The notes under the pieces were generated by a model, which saw nothing but the letters and a program-made list of their open reading frames with translations, ran no database searches and was not told where the DNA came from. The position numbers and the translations under genes were made by a program. A DNA stretch of 64,000 nt from Escherichia phage 04086, in sequence record OR842557. One strand, written 5' to 3'. Positions 41,187 through 51,082 of the stretch are shown in pieces; within the stretch, counting starts at the first letter, position 1; the number at the start of each line of letters is the position of its first letter.

Positions 41187-41894
41187 ATGAATATGCAAAT
41201 GATTACTAACGAAATGGTTGTTAAGGCTTTTGGTGACTCTACTGACGGTATCCAAGTTTTTAAAGGTTCTCGTGCAGTAGGTTACCTGACCGATCTTCGT
41301 GTTACTTTAGCTAAAAATGCTAAAAAGAAAATCAAGCAAAAAGAATACTCTACCCGTTATGCAGAAGAAAAGCGTGAAGCCATGCCCGAAGCTGTTAACT
41401 CTATGGTTGAGTTTCTCCGAAACAACCTTTCCAAGTACGATGCCGAGGTGTTCATTAATATTAGCCAACCCAATGTTAAAATCTCAGGTATCACTTTCTA
41501 TTTGATTTGTGACCCATTAAGCGACAAGTTTAATCGCCTTGGCATTTCAAGTCCTTACCATACCGCTGAAGAATTGTGTTTTATGTTCGAAACGTACAAA
41601 ATTCAGTGTGAAAATCCTAAAACAGTTCTTATTAATTCCCTGTCACGTGATGACATCATCGAGATTATTACCAAATGTCTAANTAAAATCTCAGGCATCA
41701 CGTTCTATTTGATTTGCGACCCATTAAGCGACAAGTTTAATCGCCTTGGCATTTCAAGTCCTTACCATACCGCTGAAGAATTGTGTTTTATGTTCGAAAC
41801 GTACAAAATTCAGTGTGAAAATCCTAAAACAGTTCTTATTAATTCCCTGTCACGTGATGACATCATCGAGATTATTACCAAATGTCTAAATTAA
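41187..41894 (+). CDS. alc: Probable Alc (host transcription termination/inhibition) protein; length inflated by N-junction duplication
   Basis: Position between rnlA and pseT region; real length about 167 aa as in T4 Alc. Identity rests on position and size. Confidence 0.55.
   Translation: MNMQMITNEMVVKAFGDSTDGIQVFKGSRAVGYLTDLRVTLAKNAKKKIKQKEYSTRYAEEKREAMPEAVNSMVEFLRNNLSKYDAEVFINISQPNVKISGITFYLICDPLSDKFNRLGISSPYHTAEELCFMFETYKIQCENPKTVLINSLSRDDIIEIITKCLXKISGITFYLICDPLSDKFNRLGISSPYHTAEELCFMFETYKIQCENPKTVLINSLSRDDIIEIITKCLN
41477..41889. repeat. N-marked junction (N at 41683) between ~206 bp near-identical copies inside alc
   Basis: Second copy starts with three synonymous third-position differences. 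Confidence 0.8.
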
Positions 41895-42235
41895 GTATTT
41901 ACCTTTTAGCTGGAGCCATTGCAGTAGGTGCTTACGGTTTTATTTCGTATCAATCAAGTCGTATTGATACCCTTACTGAAGAACTGAAAACCACCCAGCA
42001 AACGGCAAAACAGAACGCTGAAGCTGTAGAGGACCTTCGTGGTCAATACTCTGATATTGAATTCCGTACTACTGAAATGAATGCCCGAATGGATAAAATT
42101 AAGGTAGAAAATGAAAAGCTCCGTAAAGATTCGAAGAAGGCGCACGTGGTGGCAAGTAAGCCAGGACTGGTCGAAAAACAAATCAACAAGTCCTTCGATT
42201 CCTTTACAGAAGACTTCAGGAGCATTACAGAATGA
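41882..42235 (+). CDS. pseT.3: i-spanin (Rz-like inner-membrane spanin subunit, 117 aa)
   Basis: Single N-terminal transmembrane helix followed by charged coiled-coil-like periplasmic domain; immediately upstream of a lipoprotein gene. Confidence 0.7.
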   Translation: MSKLSIYLLAGAIAVGAYGFISYQSSRIDTLTEELKTTQQTAKQNAEAVEDLRGQYSDIEFRTTEMNARMDKIKVENEKLRKDSKKAHVVASKPGLVEKQINKSFDSFTEDFRSITE

Positions 42236-42695
42236 TTAAATTATCTGTAGTAGTATTATCTATTGGCTTGTTAGTTGGATGTGCCCAGGATGTCCCTGTA
42301 GTGCCTAAGCAACAACTGCATCCTTCATGGCCACAACCTATCGCCGAACATAATGTTAAATGGCAGGTTAAGGTAATCGATGGTAAGGCCTGGGTTGGAA
42401 TGCCATTTGAAGATTCCCAAGAACATCGTATTTGGTTGAATGACGTAAAAAGATATGTACAANCATCCCTGTAGTGCCTAAGCAACAACTACATCCTTCG
42501 TGGCCACAACCTATCGCCGAACATAATGTTAAATGGCAGGTTAAGGTAATCGATGGTAAGGCCTGGGTTGGAATGCCATTTGAAGATTCCCAAGAACATC
42601 GTATTTGGTTGAATGACGTAAAAAGATATGTACAAGACCAGAAATCTATGTTATGTTATTATCGTTCCGGCCTAAAAGAGGAGAAGTGCAAATGA
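42232..42695 (+). CDS. pseT.2: o-spanin (Rz1-like outer-membrane lipoprotein); duplicated by N-junction
   Basis: Signal peptide with lipobox LVGC, proline-rich mature region; real length about 97 aa. Confidence 0.7.
42290..42636. repeat. N-marked junction (N at 42463) between ~173 bp near-identical copies inside the o-spanin gene
   Basis: Two synonymous differences at the start of copy 2. Confidence 0.8.
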
Positions 42696-42798
42696 TTGAG
42701 ACATGTGTTTGCGGTTGGGATGCCGTTAGATTTGGCGCTGCATTCTTTTGCTTTGGTATCGTGTTCAGCATGTGTATGCATGGTCTTTTTGGAAAGTA

Positions 42799-42840
42799 GT
42801 TTACAAACTCTTGGGAGCAGAGTATAATGCTCCTACGGAT
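42799..42840 (+). promoter_or_regulatory. Early promoter with stem-loop
   Basis: GTTTAC 42799-42804, TATAAT 42823-42828; inverted repeat GGGAGCAG / GCTCCT. Confidence 0.55.
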
Positions 42841-42862
42841 TATAAAAATTGAGGAAATTATT

Positions 42863-44066
<1,204 letters not shown>

Positions 44067-44067
<1 letters not shown>

Positions 44068-44264
44068 TGAATAATATCGAAAAGATTTTTCGTACAATCG
44101 AAGAAATTGAAAAACGTAAATGCTTTTTCTTCGGCGTGTGGCCTTTAACTGATGGACGCATTGGCCTGGATGTTATGGACTATAAAGATGAAGACAAGGT
44201 CGATGGTGGTATTTTTAAATCCGCTCCTGAACTCCTTGCCTTCTTGGAAGAACATTATGTATAA
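44067..44264 (+). CDS. Hypothetical protein (65 aa)
   Basis: ATG overlaps pseT stop. Confidence 0.45.
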
Positions 44265-44472
44265 CAAACACCATGAAGTTGAAGAAGAAGCTTATAAAGA
44301 GCTTCAGAAACTGGTAGGTCTGAATATGTCTCCTGCCCTCATTAACTCACTAGCAGCCCTTCGTAATGACCTCAATGAACGTTACAAAGGCGAGTACTAT
44401 GTTGAGTTCGTTCCTCTGACTGAAGTCGTTGACAGGTTTATTGTTAACGTGAAGGTCCATACAGTACACTGA
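44257..44472 (+). CDS. Hypothetical protein (71 aa)
   Basis: ORF; start overlapping upstream gene. Confidence 0.45.
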   Translation: MYNKHHEVEEEAYKELQKLVGLNMSPALINSLAALRNDLNERYKGEYYVEFVPLTEVVDRFIVNVKVHTVH

Positions 44473-44479
44473 GGTTATT

Positions 44480-44758
44480 ATGTTCCCTACTTATTCTGAA
44501 ATTGTTAAAACCGTTTTTAGTCAGATTGTATCTGATTACCTATACGAACCCGTCGACACGTCGACTGAACTAAAAGTGCACGGTCGTTTGTCTGCTATTC
44601 TGGAAATCATGTTCCCGGATGCGGTTGATGCAATCACTGTTCAACTCACGCCTGGGGCAGCATTTGCAATTGTTCCATTTAAAATTGATAATCACATTTT
44701 GGCTATTTCATGCAAAATGGACTTCCAGAAACAAACGGTAGTTGTCGAAGCAATTTAA
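44480..44758 (+). CDS. Hypothetical protein (92 aa)
   Basis: ORF with GAGG ribosome binding site. Confidence 0.5.
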   Translation: MFPTYSEIVKTVFSQIVSDYLYEPVDTSTELKVHGRLSAILEIMFPDAVDAITVQLTPGAAFAIVPFKIDNHILAISCKMDFQKQTVVVEAI

Positions 44759-44760
44759 GT

Positions 44761-44800
44761 GTTTACTTTCACCAAGGACGGTGATATGATGACCTTACCG
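44761..44800 (+). promoter_or_regulatory. Early promoter
   Basis: GTTTAC 44761-44766, TGATATGAT -10 region. Confidence 0.5.
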
Positions 44801-44820
44801 AAACAAATGAGGAAATCGAA

Positions 44821-45375
44821 ATGAGCCAGTTCTTTGAAGAGCGTAAGTTTTATAAGTTCGTCGGTGAATACACTAAAAACAAATTCACTAATAACGGTGC
44901 TTACGGCCTCAATACAGCTTTTGCCAAGTATGTAGGTATGAACCCGTTTGAAGTTGAAATTGATTACCATAACGGGAAGCCACGTGTAAGCCGAATTCGT
45001 GTATACGATGAGTTGATGTTTGTTGACCTGAGCAAAATCACAGGTAATCCCGACGATGCAACTAGTGTTCTTTTTAATTCAGTAGGCGCCTTTGCCCATG
45101 AATTCGAATACTTTATTGAAGTAGTACGTCCACTGGCTACTACGAGTATTGCTGTAAAGCCAGAACCTAAGCCAGTAAAAGCTACAGCCGATTGGAAAGT
45201 GCTTATTGTTAAAAATGGTAAGATTGAAGTTCATTCTCGCCATAACACAAAGGAACAAGCCGATCGTCAGGCCGAAGAGCTTTTGACCAGCTCGTTCCAA
45301 CAAGTGTGTTATATTGTTAAAGGCGATGTTACCCAAGCTACCACTACCAAACAACTTAAGTTGGAGACCATCTAA
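44821..45375 (+). CDS. Hypothetical protein (184 aa)
   Basis: ORF with GAGGAAATCGAAATG ribosome binding site. Confidence 0.55.
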   Translation: MSQFFEERKFYKFVGEYTKNKFTNNGAYGLNTAFAKYVGMNPFEVEIDYHNGKPRVSRIRVYDELMFVDLSKITGNPDDATSVLFNSVGAFAHEFEYFIEVVRPLATTSIAVKPEPKPVKATADWKVLIVKNGKIEVHSRHNTKEQADRQAEELLTSSFQQVCYIVKGDVTQATTTKQLKLETI

Positions 45376-45611
45376 TGCTGAGCGAACAACCTATTACTGT
45401 AGAGCAGTTCCACGTTAAAGTTAAAGAATTTGCTCAAGCCCTGATTAATAAGGTTTCTGTACGTTTTCCTGACGCAACTCTGCGAGTAATCCAGGAATCA
45501 CCGCGCGCGGTATTGGTTATCGTTAATCCTAAAAATGGCGACCAAATTACCCAGTTGAAACTCGGTTCAGATGGTTTGGTCGAAGCGCAGAGGGTGTATA
45601 TTGATGCTTAA
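45375..45611 (+). CDS. Hypothetical protein (78 aa)
   Basis: ATG overlaps upstream stop. Confidence 0.5.
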   Translation: MLSEQPITVEQFHVKVKEFAQALINKVSVRFPDATLRVIQESPRAVLVIVNPKNGDQITQLKLGSDGLVEAQRVYIDA

Positions 45612-45942
45612 TTTAAAACTAGCAGTTAATGCCACCTTACAATCTGACGAAGACGGAGACCATCGAGGTCTCTCTGAAAAGGCTACTCAGTACATCAAAG
45701 ACCTTTTTAAACTGAGTGAAGATTTCCAAAGCATCCATACTTCAACATATGATGCTGTGCTGGCTACTGTTCTTCCGGTTGAAATTGGTGATCGAATTCC
45801 GGCAGCGGTATTTTTCGATAAACAAAAACGCTTCCCAGACGGTTATGGTATATTAACCTCACGTGTGAAATCTATCACTAAACTTCGTACCGATTTATAT
45901 CGTGTCGAAACCAATAATACAGCTTATCTAGTGGTGATGTAA
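45604..45942 (+). CDS. Hypothetical protein (112 aa)
   Basis: ORF ending in ATGA overlap with cd start. Confidence 0.5.
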   Translation: MLNLKLAVNATLQSDEDGDHRGLSEKATQYIKDLFKLSEDFQSIHTSTYDAVLATVLPVEIGDRIPAAVFFDKQKRFPDGYGILTSRVKSITKLRTDLYRVETNNTAYLVVM

Positions 45943-46714
45943 TGAAAGCAAGCACATACCTTCAGATTGCATATCTGATTTCTCAAGAATCAAAATGTTG
46001 TTCATGGAAAGTGGGTGCGGTTATCGAAAAGAATGGTCGCATTATCTCTACAGGCTATAATGGTTCACCATCCGGTGGTGTTAACTGTTGTGACCACGCT
46101 GTGGAACAAGACTGGACCCGTGTTGTGTATGACCCAGCGCGGATGTCGCATAAATCTGTTCTTCTTAAAGAACACCGCATGGCTCACGCTGCATGGTCAT
46201 CTAAAAATGAAATCCATGCCGAACTGAATGCTATTTTGTTTGCAGCTCGTACCGGAAGTTCTATTGATGGCGCTACGATGTANATAACGGTTCGCCTTCT
46301 GGTGGTGTTAACTGTTGTGACCATGCTGTGGAACAAGACTGGACCCGTGTTGTGTATGACCCAGCGCGGATGTCGCATAAATCTGTTCTTCTTAAAGAAC
46401 ACCGCATGGCTCACGCTGCATGGTCATCTAAAAATGAAATCCATGCCGAACTGAATGCTATTTTGTTTGCAGCTCGTACCGGAAGTTCTATTGATGGCGC
46501 TACGATGTACGTGACGTTATCTCCGTGCGCTGATTGTGCTAAGTCTATTGCGCAGTCCGGAATTAAAACATTGGTTTATGCTGAGCTCTATGACCGAAAT
46601 CCTGAAGGTTGGGACGATATCCTCCGTGAATCAGGCATCGAAGTTATCCAGTATAATCGTACAGGTCTCCGTTCTTTGAACTGGGAATCAATTCAAAACT
46701 ATTGCGGTGAATAA
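45942..46714 (+). CDS. cd: dCMP deaminase; split by N-junction duplication
   Basis: Recalled similarity to T4 Cd (SKCCSWKVGAVIEKNGRIISTGYNGSP, HAELNAILFAAR, YVTLSPC.DCAK zinc-binding motif). Confidence 0.9.
46057..46509. repeat. N-marked junction (N at 46283) between ~226 bp near-identical copies inside cd
   Basis: Copy 2 begins with several third-position differences, then identical. Confidence 0.8.
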
Positions 46715-47019
46715 TGAATATTTTATTTGAAAAACCTAAACAAGTGGTTACTGTTGATTACACAGATACATTTATTGATGCTCTTCTCCAAAAAGGTATC
46801 AAATCTATTAAAGTAGGTCCACTTTATGTTATTGAACAGCTTAAAGGCAATTCTACTGGCGAAATTTCGACTCATTCTACTAGTGATATCGAATATGTTA
46901 TTGACCAATTGGTAAATGTAAACCCAGAATTGGTATTAGTCCGTGAAGTTCGTAAAGAAACTCGTGGCGGCGAAACCAAGTATATTGTCCGCATTGATTA
47001 TATAAAAATCGAAGGCTAA
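46714..47019 (+). CDS. Hypothetical protein (101 aa)
   Basis: ATGA overlap with cd stop. Confidence 0.55.
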   Translation: MNILFEKPKQVVTVDYTDTFIDALLQKGIKSIKVGPLYVIEQLKGNSTGEISTHSTSDIEYVIDQLVNVNPELVLVREVRKETRGGETKYIVRIDYIKIEG

Positions 47020-47042
47020 GCATCCTAATTGAAGGAAACAAA

Positions 47043-47276
47043 ATGAAATTTCGTTTAGTTAAGTTTTCAGGTCTGAACTCAAAAGGTGAAAACCTGATAG
47101 CTTATTCAGTAGAATATAAAAAGTACTTTTTCTCTCGTTGGAAATCGTACTATAAATCCGAGTGGGTTCGCGCTGAAATGAAATATAAAACGGTGCCTAT
47201 TCTTGATAATTGCCATAGCCTATTAAGAGCTCTAAAAGAGCGTAATGCAACCACTATCAAAACTATTCTGGAATAA
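47043..47276 (+). CDS. Hypothetical protein (77 aa)
   Basis: AAGGAAACAAAATG ribosome binding site. Confidence 0.5.
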   Translation: MKFRLVKFSGLNSKGENLIAYSVEYKKYFFSRWKSYYKSEWVRAEMKYKTVPILDNCHSLLRALKERNATTIKTILE

Positions 47277-47278
47277 TT

Positions 47279-47578
47279 ATGATTTTAACCGAACAAGAAA
47301 CTATTCGTCTCCGTGAAAAAGTCAAGACTATTTTGTCTGTTGGTTTTCACGAAGTCCTGTTTGAAAAAGCTGATGGTAGTGCCCGTCGTATGACTTGTAC
47401 TCGCGACTTAGACCTGCTGCCGTATAAAGAAGTCCAGGCCCCTGGGCCAGAAGCCAATAAAGAACCTGTTAATTATATCAGAGTATTTGATACCAAGGTT
47501 AATGATTGGCGCTCATTCCGTTTCGATAAGCTGATTTCTATTAACGGCCTTCAGACTGAAACTCTGCTTGTCCTGTAA
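47279..47578 (+). CDS. Hypothetical protein (99 aa)
   Basis: ORF tightly packed after previous gene. Confidence 0.5.
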   Translation: MILTEQETIRLREKVKTILSVGFHEVLFEKADGSARRMTCTRDLDLLPYKEVQAPGPEANKEPVNYIRVFDTKVNDWRSFRFDKLISINGLQTETLLVL

Positions 47579-47636
47579 TATGCTTTAAGAATAGCGTGTT
47601 ATTATTAATCTATCAACAAAACAATATGGATTAAAT

Positions 47637-47960
47637 ATGGAACTTCCTATTAAAGCGGTCGGAGAATATGTTATTCTCGTTTCCGAACCAAAACAAGCTG
47701 GTGATGAAGAAACTACTGCATCTGGTATCGTTATTGGCAAACTTCATCAAGGTGAAATCCCTGAACTTTGTGAAATTTATTCTGTAGGACCTGATGTCCC
47801 TGAAGATTTTTGTGAAGTAGGCGATTTGACTCCACTTCCTGTTGGTAAGATTGCTAACGTGCCTCATCCGTTGGTTGCATTGGGTATTAAACAACCTAAA
47901 GAAATTAAACAAAAATTCGTTACCTGTCACTATAAAGCTATTCCTTGCCTTTATAAGTGA
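47637..47960 (+). CDS. 31: Co-chaperonin gp31 (GroES analogue, 107 aa)
   Basis: Strong recalled similarity to T4 gp31 ([23 protein letters not shown]...[20 protein letters not shown]...[32 protein letters not shown]). Confidence 0.95.
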   Translation: MELPIKAVGEYVILVSEPKQAGDEETTASGIVIGKLHQGEIPELCEIYSVGPDVPEDFCEVGDLTPLPVGKIANVPHPLVALGIKQPKEIKQKFVTCHYKAIPCLYK

Positions 47961-47968
47961 TATAAATA
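47961..47968 (+). promoter_or_regulatory. Candidate late promoter (TATAAATA) upstream of rIII
   Basis: Exact TATAAATA immediately after gp31 stop; 138 nt leader before rIII. Confidence 0.4.
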
Positions 47969-48106
47969 ATAATATGGATTGGCTGCCGGACTAGTTAGTT
48001 AACCGGAGAATCCTAAGCGGTGGACTACAACTGAGAGACTTGCCGAAAGGAAGTGAAATTCAGAAGAACGTGTCCACCAATCTTTATCTCGAATTGAGAA
48101 ACTAAA

Positions 48107-48355
48107 ATGAACAAACAATTGAATCACGCTCTTGAACTGCAACGCAACGCTTGGAACAACGGTCACGAAAACTACGGCGCATCTATTGATGTTGAAGCCG
48201 AAGCACTGGAAATCCTGCGTTATTTCAAACATCTGAATCCTGCTCAGGCTACTCTGGCTGCTGAACTGGAAGCTAAAGATGAACTGAAATTTGCTAAGCC
48301 TTTGGCTTCAGCAGCTCGTAAAGCAGTACGTCATTTTATTATTACCCTGAAGTAA
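48107..48355 (+). CDS. rIII: rIII lysis-inhibition accessory protein (82 aa)
   Basis: Size and recalled similarity to T4 rIII (MNKQLNH.LELQRNAWNNGHENYGA, KPLASAARKAVRHF). Confidence 0.8.
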   Translation: MNKQLNHALELQRNAWNNGHENYGASIDVEAEALEILRYFKHLNPAQATLAAELEAKDELKFAKPLASAARKAVRHFIITLK

Positions 48356-48617
48356 GTTAAATCGAGGAGCCGTCGAACTGTTTGATTAATGATTTGCGAA
48401 TCATTATAGTTTTAAGACCCCAACAGTTTTACGGTGTACCTCTTGAATGTATTTTGTACTATCACGCGTCAGAAAAAGGTTATCTGTCTAAGTCGTGGTT
48501 GGTATGATGACGAGGTTTATGGTTATCCTGTCGTTAAATATCCGAAACCTATGTTCCCCTTGAGGGCTTGCGCAGGCAACGCTAATAAGTCCTGCATCCT
48601 AATTTAAGAGATTTAAA

Positions 48618-48779
48618 ATGGCTAAGAAAGAAGTTAAAGTAGTTGACGGTACCTCTAAACGCGCTGGTTACAAGCGTGCGTCCAACAAGCGTATCAATCA
48701 GGTAGTTGATAAGCTTCAAGCTCGTGCTCGTGCAGTATTGCGTGCAGATGCTGCTTGCTTTGGTAAGCCTCAGGCATAA
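48618..48779 (+). CDS. Small basic protein (53 aa)
   Basis: MAKKEVKVVDGTSKRAGYKRASNKRINQVVDKLQARARAVLRADAACFGKPQA; below ORF-track threshold; followed by strong terminator. Confidence 0.45.
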   Translation: MAKKEVKVVDGTSKRAGYKRASNKRINQVVDKLQARARAVLRADAACFGKPQA

Positions 48780-48784
48780 GTTAT

Positions 48785-48808
48785 GGGACTCTTCGGAGTC
48801 CCATTTTT
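48785..48808 (+). terminator. Rho-independent terminator
   Basis: GGGACTCTTCGGAGTCCC then ATTTTTG. Confidence 0.7.
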
Positions 48809-48830
48809 GTTTCTAAATCTTTAAAAAAGG

Positions 48831-48875
48831 GTGTACATCTCCGGTAGGCATGATACTATAGACATGTACCAAATA
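48831..48875 (+). promoter_or_regulatory. Early promoter variant with stem-loop
   Basis: GTGTAC 48831-48836, 17 bp, TACTAT 48854-48859; inverted repeat GGTA / TACC arms flank the -10. Confidence 0.5.
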
Positions 48876-48900
48876 ATACTAAAACAAACTGGAGAATAAA

Positions 48901-49233
48901 ATGAAAACTGTAAATCTGAATGCATCTGTTAAAGCTAAATGTTTCAACGGTGAATATCAAGAAACCATGTGGGTCCTGACTGCAGTTGAAGGTGATATCA
49001 TCGAAGTTGAAACAACTGAAGGTATGGGTACTGATTTTACATTCACCATCGAGCTTCACAACTTCTTTACAGGTTGGATTTATGAACTGAAAACTGTAAT
49101 TACTGGTCGTATTGAAGAAAACAAAAATGGTGAATTCTATTATGTTAATGCCCGTACACGTGCTGAACGTCTGATTGCTCAGATGAAAAAAGTTGGTAAA
49201 CTTGATATGAAAAATTGGAATGTTGTGAAATAA
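48901..49233 (+). CDS. Hypothetical protein (110 aa)
   Basis: ACTGGAGAATAAAATG leader shared with next gene. Confidence 0.55.
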   Translation: MKTVNLNASVKAKCFNGEYQETMWVLTAVEGDIIEVETTEGMGTDFTFTIELHNFFTGWIYELKTVITGRIEENKNGEFYYVNARTRAERLIAQMKKVGKLDMKNWNVVK

Positions 49234-49236
49234 ATG

Positions 49237-49285
49237 TTTTACTTTGGTACAGGTTGTGTTATTATAGACCTGTACCAAATAATAC
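49237..49285 (+). promoter_or_regulatory. Early promoter with stem-loop
   Basis: TTTTAC 49237-49242, 17 bp, TATTAT 49260-49265; inverted repeat GGTACAGGT / ACCTGTACC spans the -10. Confidence 0.55.
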
Positions 49286-49306
49286 GAAAACAAACTGGAG
49301 AATAAA

Positions 49307-49672
49307 ATGAACTACATCAACTTCGAACGTAAATATGTTTCTAACGGTATCGCTGGTTCTTCTGAAGTTATTTGCCTGTGGAAACACAACAACGGCGCGG
49401 TGTGCGAAATCGAACAGTGCATGACTCCTAACTACGTTTATATGCGCTTTGAAAATGGTATTACGGTTTCAATCACATTGGAAGGTTCTACTTTTAAAAT
49501 CGCTTTAGATGATGATTTCCGTCAACGTGATTTAGGTACCCATCCTTGCTGGAACGGTGTTAATCGTAAGCTTCTGGTTAAAACTTGGATTCGTCACATC
49601 CTGAGCAACCGAGCTAAACCTGAACACCTGGAAGCAATCTTTGATGTAGTTCTGAACGAATTCGACATCTAA
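49307..49672 (+). CDS. Hypothetical protein (121 aa)
   Basis: Same leader sequence as the 48901 gene. Confidence 0.55.
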   Translation: MNYINFERKYVSNGIAGSSEVICLWKHNNGAVCEIEQCMTPNYVYMRFENGITVSITLEGSTFKIALDDDFRQRDLGTHPCWNGVNRKLLVKTWIRHILSNRAKPEHLEAIFDVVLNEFDI

Positions 49673-49682
49673 TCTTAAAAAT

Positions 49683-49698
49683 GGAGGCTTCGGCCTCC
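49683..49698 (+). other. UUCG-tetraloop hairpin (weak terminator)
   Basis: GGAGGCTTCGGCCTCC, same sequence as the hairpin at 8881. Confidence 0.45.
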
Positions 49699-49713
49699 TT
49701 TGAGGAAAATATT

Positions 49714-50001
49714 ATGTTTATGACCACTTATTTTGATACTCGTAAAAATTTCTGTGAAGTTGTTTTCTCTAAAGCAGGTAAAGATGTTCCTGCCGACAAA
49801 CAACCTACTCGTGAATCTATTAAGGCTTATGCCGATGTTGTATGCCCGGTAGAATTCCGTACTGTTAATGGTCGTGATACCCTAGCAATCACTAAGCTAA
49901 ACCATGATATCAATATCGACCCAAGTGTCGCCCGTGAAGTCAATACCTCTGACATCTATGGTGGTAATGTTAAATCACATGGCTTTCAGATGAGGTTCTA
50001 A
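49714..50001 (+). CDS. Hypothetical protein (95 aa)
   Basis: GAGGAAAATATTATG ribosome binding site after hairpin. Confidence 0.5.
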   Translation: MFMTTYFDTRKNFCEVVFSKAGKDVPADKQPTRESIKAYADVVCPVEFRTVNGRDTLAITKLNHDINIDPSVAREVNTSDIYGGNVKSHGFQMRF

Positions 50002-50195
50002 TGCAACTATTCTTATCACAAACTGTTCAGCTAAAAGGTGTAGGTATTCCTGGAATGATTTCAAAGGTTCTACCTGCTTTTAAATTAGGTAATGTTACTA
50101 TTAAAGAAGCCTACACCGTCCTATGGGTCGATGGAACTGAAGATGTTCGCATGGGTGGTGAACTGTCTGTAATCAAATGTTTAAAGCGAGGATAA
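50001..50195 (+). CDS. Hypothetical protein (64 aa)
   Basis: ATG overlaps upstream stop. Confidence 0.45.
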   Translation: MQLFLSQTVQLKGVGIPGMISKVLPAFKLGNVTIKEAYTVLWVDGTEDVRMGGELSVIKCLKRG

Positions 50196-50196
50196 T

Positions 50197-50409
50197 ATGG
50201 TTAAGAAATTGATTCAGAAATTATTAGGTACGGAAATGGTCGAAGTGACTTATCGTGTAACTGATTTATCTCCTGTGCATCCGCAAGATGAACCATATAC
50301 TAAAACAATTAAAATGCTGAAATCTGATGGCGGATTATCTATTGAAGACCGTCTACCTGGTTATGGTCATTGGGCTGATGTCGAAATTATAAGTGTCAAA
50401 GATATTTAA
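50197..50409 (+). CDS. Hypothetical protein (70 aa), tandem paralog of 50419..50631
   Basis: MVKKLIQKLLGTEMVEVTYRVTDLSP aligns with MIKKLFKKLFGLELVEVTYRVIDLSP; same length. Confidence 0.6.
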   Translation: MVKKLIQKLLGTEMVEVTYRVTDLSPVHPQDEPYTKTIKMLKSDGGLSIEDRLPGYGHWADVEIISVKDI

Positions 50410-50418
50410 GGAATCTTC

Positions 50419-50631
50419 ATGATTAAGAAATTATTTAAAAAGCTGTTTGGCTTGGAACTGGTTGAAGTGACTTATCGTGTTATTGATTTATCACCGCCAT
50501 ATGCTTGCGATGAAGATGCTATTAAAACTGTTGTTATGCGAAAAACATATCGCGGGCAGTCAATTAAAGAAAGATTGCCAGACCATGGCATGTGGTATGC
50601 AACCAAGATTATCGGTGTCAAAGATGTCTGA
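50419..50631 (+). CDS. Hypothetical protein (70 aa), tandem paralog of 50197..50409
   Basis: See previous. Confidence 0.6.
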   Translation: MIKKLFKKLFGLELVEVTYRVIDLSPPYACDEDAIKTVVMRKTYRGQSIKERLPDHGMWYATKIIGVKDV

Positions 50632-51082
50632 GTTAGAAATAAGAAGCAATTTTCCATGGCCATCATGTGCATTAAGTAACTTTGCTAAATGGCCTTTCGT
50701 TATGGATGGTATCCAATTTGGTGGGCTCGAAGGATTCCTCCAAGGATGTAAGGTGAGAAATCATGAACAACAAAAACGTATATTTGGGATGTCCGGTCTG
50801 GCAGCACAAAAAGCTGGACGAACTTATGCTAGGGCTCAGGACCGTGGCACGTTGTTCTGGCTTGGAACTCCCATTTCAAGATACTCTACAGCATGGAAAG
50901 AGTTGTACGAAAATGCTTATTTTGAAGCAGCGATCCAAAACCCAGGATTCCGCGACGCATTACAAGCTACAAAGGGCAAAGTTTTAAAGCATTCGATGGC
51001 GAGCCACCTTACAGAATGTGATACAATACTAACTGAAAAAGAGTTTATCGACATCCTAAACAAATTGAGAGATTTATTATGA
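50624..51082 (+). CDS. Hypothetical protein (152 aa)
   Basis: ATGTCTGA start/stop overlap; the long 50477 start in the ORF track overlaps the previous gene and is unlikely. Confidence 0.5.
   Translation: MSELEIRSNFPWPSCALSNFAKWPFVMDGIQFGGLEGFLQGCKVRNHEQQKRIFGMSGLAAQKAGRTYARAQDRGTLFWLGTPISRYSTAWKELYENAYFEAAIQNPGFRDALQATKGKVLKHSMASHLTECDTILTEKEFIDILNKLRDLL

Noticed and set aside
47961-48106. Possible tRNA or small RNA gene in the gp31-rIII spacer
   Set aside because: No cloverleaf-compatible arrangement (acceptor stem, conserved T-loop GTTC) could be found by eye; kept only as a candidate late promoter and leader.
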